A program made the position numbers and the translations under genes. Positions 25,551 to 30,392 of a DNA stretch of 30,392 nucleotides are shown in pieces. The stretch lies in contig JAQBGU010000110.1 of assembly GCA_032128375.1 (NCBI GenBank), positions 1-30,392 on the forward strand, written 5' to 3'. The notes beneath the pieces were generated by a model. It saw nothing but the letters and a program-made list of their open reading frames with translations, did no database searches and was not told the DNA's origin. How positions within the stretch are numbered: position 1 is the stretch's first letter; the number at the start of each line of letters is the position of its first letter. The stretch comes from Deltaproteobacteria bacterium. Lineage in GTDB: Bacteria > Myxococcota_A > UBA9160 > SMWR01.

Positions 25551-28066
25551 GAGCGCGCCGGTTTTTGGCCGCACTTGGCGCGCTGGCGCTGGCGGCGGCC
25601 GGCACCGCTCGCGCCGAAGTCGCGCCGGGTGACGCGCTGAACCCGACCGGCAGCGACCCCACCCGCACTACCGATCCGCGGGGAATGTCTCAGCTTATAT
25701 CGGTTCGCAGTCGGAGTCCAGCGGGCTTCCTATACCCCGATCCATTGCGACCGTATCAATTCTTCGATCTCGGCGAGGGCTGGTCGATCCGCGCAGCGAT
25801 CGAAGCTGGCGGCGAATGGACGAACGGCGACCACAAACGTGATGAACAGGAAACGCGGTTCGGTCAGTATGCCGATTGGAAAGATCGGGCGATCGTCGAA
25901 TTCGCCGATCTGACGATATTCCACGAGGCGAGCGGATTTGCGGGAGAATTCGCCGCGGCCAGGATCGCGGCCGACGATCAACACTACCGCGTCGACCTCG
26001 GCATTCCCGGCTCGTTCAGCCTGCGCGGCAGCTTCAGCGGAGTCCCGCACGTCTTTGCAACCGACGCCAGGTCCCTGTATGAAGGCGCCGGAACCGATGT
26101 ACTCAAACTCCGGTCGCCGCTCGGACCCGGATTCATTCCCGCAGATCTCGCCAACGCCGATATCTCGGCAGCTCTGGCAAGCACGAGCGACAGTACGCTG
26201 TCGATTCAGCGGGATCGAACCCGAATCCGGTTGGAATTCAATCCGCTCGATTGGCTGACGCTGTTCGCGCGCTATGGGCTCGATGAGAGCGAGGGCGAGC
26301 GACCTTTCGGCGGCTCGCTCCTGTATTCGTTTTTCGGCAGCGACCCGGCCCGCGTCGTCGAGACGATCGAACCACGCGATCAGCGCACTCACAATTTCGC
26401 TAGCGGTCTGCGATATCGCAGCCCAGCCGTGCTGGCAAACCTCGAATACGACGGATCGCTGTTTCGAAACTCCAACTCGTCTCTCACCTGGGACAACCCC
26501 TTCGAGTTGATCGGCTTCGGCGATCCGGGAAGCGTCGAGCGAGGACGGTTCGCGTTGGCTCCCGACAACGACCGACACAACATCAAGGCCGACGCGAGTC
26601 TGACACTGCCGTGGAACGGGAGTCTGACGACGACGGCATCGTGGAGCCGGATGCTTCAAAACGACGACCTCATCCCTGCGACCGTCAATGCTAGCGGCGA
26701 GGTCGGGGCGGGACCGAACCGTTTCCGTCTCGATCAATGGGATAGCGTCGATGTACTCGAACGGTCCAAAGCAGATGCTCGAGTCGATACGCTGCTGCTG
26801 AACGCGCGTGTTCAGTTTCGACCGACCAAGCCGTTGCGAGTCCAGGCAAGCGCTCGTTACTACGATCTGGACAACGACACACGCTATACCGCACTCAACC
26901 GAGAAACGGGGGAATTCGGATACGTCGCCGAAGATGGCGCGCATGCGGTACTCACCCCCTTTTCGCGTACGTTTCGTCCCGGCGAGCAAAACCCGGCAAC
27001 CGACGACTTCCGTTACCGAAGCAGTCCCTACGACTACCGCAAGCTCGAGGCCGAACTCAACACGGACTATCGCGTCGCGGGAAAGACCACGCTGAGCGGG
27101 CGCTACCGTCACGAACGAATCGACCGGGACGCGCGAGAGCGCGACAAGACCCACGAGCATCAGGGCCGGCTGAGCGTCACCAGCCGCGACGTGCGTTGGG
27201 CCACGCTGCGCGCCTCCTACGAGTATCGCGATCGCGACGGCGGAGGTTACGAGCTATTCCCGAACCAAAACGACTACGTATCGAGTCTCGACGGCTTCAA
27301 TTCCTTGCTGGGCGCCCGGCCCTCCACCCTCGCTCAGCTTCGCAGGTACGATGTTGCAGATCGGCAGCGCCACGACGCCAAGCTCAGCGCCAACTTCCTG
27401 GCGCGAGATGACCTCGACCTTTCGGTGTCGGGGCGATTCACGGACGACGACTACGGGGCAGGCTACGGGCTGACAGAGGAACGCCGCTGGAATGTCAACA
27501 TGGACCTGGGCTACCAGCCATCATCCAAAGCCCACTTCTATGGCTTTGGGTACTTCGAACAGCGCCGCGGTCGGCTCACTGGAATCAATGACGCCGCGTT
27601 CATCAGCTCAGACGATCCCAACGCCGGCGGGCCGATCTTTCCGTTCGACAATGCCTGGCAGCACGATACCGACGGAACCATCGGCGGTGCAGGGACCGGC
27701 GTGCGATTCCAAGTCCACCCCAAGGTAGAAGTCGATATCCACTATACGTACATCCGCTCGCTCGAGAAAAATGACTTCGACATCTCTTCTGCAGGTGCAC
27801 TCGCCACCGGGTTGACCCAGGCTGGTGACCTACCGAATTTGCGTCGCCAAGACCACAACCTGTACGCGAGTCTTCGCATTTCGATTCACGAGCATGCGGC
27901 GCTGCGCTTCTTCTACCGATTCGAGCGCTCCAAGATCTCGGATTTCAGCCAGCGCGGTCTCGATTCCGGGACGTTGGTGCAAAACTCGGGAGCGCTGTTT
28001 CTCGGGCACGTCGATCGCGACTTCGCCGCTCACCTCTTCGGGCTGACGCTTCAGCTCTGGTTCTGA
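25547..28066 (+). CDS. mtrB: MtrB/PioB-family outer-membrane beta-barrel (839 aa)
   Basis: ATGA overlap with the cytochrome stop, signal peptide MRARRFLAALGALALAAAGTARA, S.F.N...SLTWDNPF...ALAPDN motif, alternating beta-strand pattern, C-terminal LQLWF. Confidence 0.9.
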   Translation: MRARRFLAALGALALAAAGTARAEVAPGDALNPTGSDPTRTTDPRGMSQLISVRSRSPAGFLYPDPLRPYQFFDLGEGWSIRAAIEAGGEWTNGDHKRDEQETRFGQYADWKDRAIVEFADLTIFHEASGFAGEFAAARIAADDQHYRVDLGIPGSFSLRGSFSGVPHVFATDARSLYEGAGTDVLKLRSPLGPGFIPADLANADISAALASTSDSTLSIQRDRTRIRLEFNPLDWLTLFARYGLDESEGERPFGGSLLYSFFGSDPARVVETIEPRDQRTHNFASGLRYRSPAVLANLEYDGSLFRNSNSSLTWDNPFELIGFGDPGSVERGRFALAPDNDRHNIKADASLTLPWNGSLTTTASWSRMLQNDDLIPATVNASGEVGAGPNRFRLDQWDSVDVLERSKADARVDTLLLNARVQFRPTKPLRVQASARYYDLDNDTRYTALNRETGEFGYVAEDGAHAVLTPFSRTFRPGEQNPATDDFRYRSSPYDYRKLEAELNTDYRVAGKTTLSGRYRHERIDRDARERDKTHEHQGRLSVTSRDVRWATLRASYEYRDRDGGGYELFPNQNDYVSSLDGFNSLLGARPSTLAQLRRYDVADRQRHDAKLSANFLARDDLDLSVSGRFTDDDYGAGYGLTEERRWNVNMDLGYQPSSKAHFYGFGYFEQRRGRLTGINDAAFISSDDPNAGGPIFPFDNAWQHDTDGTIGGAGTGVRFQVHPKVEVDIHYTYIRSLEKNDFDISSAGALATGLTQAGDLPNLRRQDHNLYASLRISIHEHAALRFFYRFERSKISDFSQRGLDSGTLVQNSGALFLGHVDRDFAAHLFGLTLQLWF

Positions 28067-28227
28067 CGTCCCCGCCATCCTGATCGTTCGAAGTGCCAGA
28101 GCAAGTCGGGGTGGTACTGCGACTCCAAGCCCGCGCGAATCGATTCGGGGATCTCGATCGAGCGTCGCGCTTTGATGTCGAACGCGAGATTCACCGATGA
28201 CGAGACGCACGGCAGGCGTGCGGCGGA

Positions 28228-28752
28228 CTTGGTGAGCCTGATCGCGAGCGGGCGATCGCACGCATGGCGGGCGTCGACTTTGGCCGCATGAATCGGGATT
28301 TTCGCGAACTCATCGCTGACCTGAAGTCGGACCCCGCCTGCAATGGGCGAGTGGCTGCATTGGGGATCTGTCTGGGTGGACCGTTCGTATTGAACGCCGC
28401 CGCGGATGGAGAACTGGCCGCGGCCGCTATCTGGCACGGCAACCGCTTGGGCGGATTGATGGGACGCGCTCGCGAAATCCAGTGTCCGATGCGGATCGAG
28501 TTCGGAGACGCCGATCCGGTCGCACCGATCGAAGAGGTCTTGGCCATCCGCGACGCGTTCGGCGACGCCGATCACGTCCAGGTTCGCGTCTATCCTGGTG
28601 CGGGCCACGGGTTTTCCCATACCAGCTGGGACGATCACGACCCGGCCGCGATGGCCGAGGCTCGGCCCGCGCTGGAAAAAGCTGCTCTGCGAGCTGCGCA
28701 GTTCTTGAACTGCGTAGCAGTTCCCACTGCCGGGTGTCGCCCGAACGTCTGA
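28228..28752 (+). pseudogene. 5'-truncated dienelactone hydrolase family gene
   Basis: GICLGG nucleophile motif, GDADPV (Asp), VYPGAGHGF (His). The frame is closed by TGA at 28198-28200, so the usual N-terminal region (xIFG...PD.F) is missing. Confidence 0.7.
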
Positions 28753-28763
28753 ACACACCCGTT

Positions 28764-29408
28764 TCAGATGGGGATCGGCCCGGACCGCCCATCCAAAACC
28801 CAGCGAATCATGGGGAGATGCTGGCGACCGATGAAGATCTCAGCGTCGATGGCGAACGTGGGCACTTGAAACATTCCGAGGCCACGCAATTCATCGGCCA
28901 GAGCATTGGCCATCGACGGCCCTTCGTCGATGCACCATTTCGAGAAGAAAGCGCCACCCGCATTCAAGCTTTCCAGCAAGGCCGCAATCTGGTCGACACT
29001 CGAGGCATCCAGCTGCACAGACCAATACAGGCGGAACAACTCCGTCAGATACGACTGCAACCGATCGCGATGTCGCTCACGCATCCACAGCCAACCGAGA
29101 TTGCCGGCATCCGCGTTTGCTTTCCGATAGTGGCCGCGAACAACGAGCCCCTGCGTTCGCGAATAGGTTTCGATCTCCCGCGCGATCGCCCGGGCGCGGT
29201 GACGGCGATGGAGAATGCCCCTGTCGTCGCTCGGCTGGGGAGATGTCGGCGGGCTCAGCGTCGGCGCGGTGAGCGGCAGCCAATTGATCTCGATCGCCAT
29301 CGATGCGCCGAATTCGATAGCGGGGTGCAGGGCCAGGTAGGCCAGCGGGTGACGCAGATCGAGCAGAACGCTGAGACGCGCGCTATCGATTCCGAACGCC
29401 GCAGTCAC
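28764..29408 (-). CDS. DsbA-like / 2-hydroxychromene-2-carboxylate isomerase (kappa GST) family protein, divergent copy
   Basis: D.RHPLAYLA in place of D..SPY, and GMFQVPTF.IDAEIFIGRQHLP.IRW.L. GTG 29408 overlaps the upstream stop (GTGA). Confidence 0.8.
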   Translation of the reverse strand: MTAAFGIDSARLSVLLDLRHPLAYLALHPAIEFGASMAIEINWLPLTAPTLSPPTSPQPSDDRGILHRRHRARAIAREIETYSRTQGLVVRGHYRKANADAGNLGWLWMRERHRDRLQSYLTELFRLYWSVQLDASSVDQIAALLESLNAGGAFFSKWCIDEGPSMANALADELRGLGMFQVPTFAIDAEIFIGRQHLPMIRWVLDGRSGPIPI

Positions 29409-30103
29409 ACGCCGAACGCCCGATTGGCGACGCCCGGTGGCGGCCCCGATTTTCCGCCAAGCAGCCATTCGACGCGCGGGAGGTGTTCGCGCCCGAACCA
29501 CATCTCATCAGCCACGAGGTAGGTCGGAACGCCGTACACGCCGGCGTCGAACGCGGCTTGGTTGAGTTCGTCATGCGCTTGTCGGCCGGGCCCGTCTGCG
29601 AATGTCCGGAAACTGCCGCCAGCGACGAGTTCTGCGTCGAAAGAGCTCAGAGTGGCTTCGAGCACCTCGTAGTCTTCGATATCGAGATCACGGCGCCAGA
29701 AACGCAAATAGACCTCGTCGACGAAGCCGTCGAAAAAGTCGGGGCGCTGCTGCTTCACCCACAGCATCGCGATCGCAGCCAGACTCGAATCCCAGATTTT
29801 CTCGGTTCCGCGCAGCGTCTTGCCGCGCAAGCTCGCGTAGCGTCGCGCGTCGCGGTAGGCATAGCGCACCCCGGTCCATTGCTGCGGTGTACGCTGACTG
29901 CTGGCCACTTTGCCACGCTGATCAAGCTTGGCCGAACCGAGATAGCTCGGGATATCGAGCGTGAACGGCCGCCAGTCGATAGCGATCCCCAACGCGGACG
30001 CCATCGCGCGTGTCGGCTCGAGCGCGATGAACGCGTACGGGCTCTTCAAATCGATGTACACCGCAAGCGGCACGTCGCCGCGGAGTTCAGAGAATACGGC
30101 CAC
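29405..30103 (-). CDS. DsbA-like / 2-hydroxychromene-2-carboxylate isomerase (kappa GST) family protein
   Basis: YIDLKSPYAF, Y.Y.DARRYA, GVYGVPTY.V..EMWFGREHLP. Start estimated at GTG 30103. Confidence 0.88.
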   Translation of the reverse strand: MAVFSELRGDVPLAVYIDLKSPYAFIALEPTRAMASALGIAIDWRPFTLDIPSYLGSAKLDQRGKVASSQRTPQQWTGVRYAYRDARRYASLRGKTLRGTEKIWDSSLAAIAMLWVKQQRPDFFDGFVDEVYLRFWRRDLDIEDYEVLEATLSSFDAELVAGGSFRTFADGPGRQAHDELNQAAFDAGVYGVPTYLVADEMWFGREHLPRVEWLLGGKSGPPPGVANRAFGV

Positions 30104-30165
30104 TTCCGACCCTTTTTCGGCGAAGTGTGCGCAACGACCCGGTGCATGCTCGGTCGAGGCGCGAG

Positions 30166-30192
30166 AAACAAAAAAACCGGCACGGGGCCGGT
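30166..30192 (-). terminator. Intrinsic terminator
   Basis: Minus strand reads ACCGGC-CCCGT-GCCGGT followed by TTTTTTGTTT. Confidence 0.6.
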
Positions 30193-30290
30193 CGGAACGC
30201 ATGCCAGCGTCGAAGCCGCGTCGAATCCCATTTGAAGTGGGATCAATCCGAGTAGAGCCACCCCTTCCCAAGGGACCCTGTCTTCAATCC

Positions 30291-30388
30291 TTCTCTCTGT
30301 CTCTGTCTCTGTCTCTGTCTCTATCTCTCTGTACCTGTCTTTCTGTACCTGTCTCTATCTGATCTCTGATCTCTATCCATCGATCTCT
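30291..30388. repeat. Pyrimidine-rich simple repeat, (CTCTGT)n and variants
   Basis: CTCTGT x4, then CTCTAT, CTGTACCTGTCT x2 and GATCTCT-like units up to the window end. Confidence 0.85.
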
Positions 30389-30392
30389 AGCA

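Noticed and set aside
25730..27160. 476-aa minus-strand ORF and other long overlapping ORFs (13444-14709, 17293-18459, 28482-29522)
   Set aside because: Antisense or alternate-frame shadows typical of high-GC coding DNA, with no recognisable motifs.

Overview
GC-rich bacterial DNA with about 25 intact CDSs. A diderm host is implied by an outer-membrane porin; a Myxococcota/Binatota-like lineage is only a guess. Most genes serve lipid, steroid or aromatic catabolism: a cytochrome P450 with a GPH-family transporter, an EchA19-like hydratase with a carboxyltransferase, PhyH- and IPNS-type 2OG-Fe(II) oxygenases, an acyl-CoA dehydrogenase, a Coq4-family protein, and a TetR-SDR-Rieske operon. Most notable observations: (1) a selenoprotein split by the ORF track (12317-13402, minus; WASW-U-GC with a SECIS-like hairpin); (2) an MtrA/MtrB-type decaheme cytochrome-porin pair with no MtrC/MtoD/CymA nearby and two repeat arrays upstream; (3) a ~57-aa unknown domain fused in frame to an SDR, upstream of a Rieske alpha subunit that has no partner subunits; (4) a membrane protein with four His motifs fused to TPRs; (5) an orphan minus-strand terminator with structured RNA upstream of the P450; (6) four gene remnants (M32 carboxypeptidase, TauD, crotonase, dienelactone hydrolase). 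No tRNA, rRNA, CRISPR array or mobile element was recognised. All family calls come from reading motifs by eye, not from database searches.
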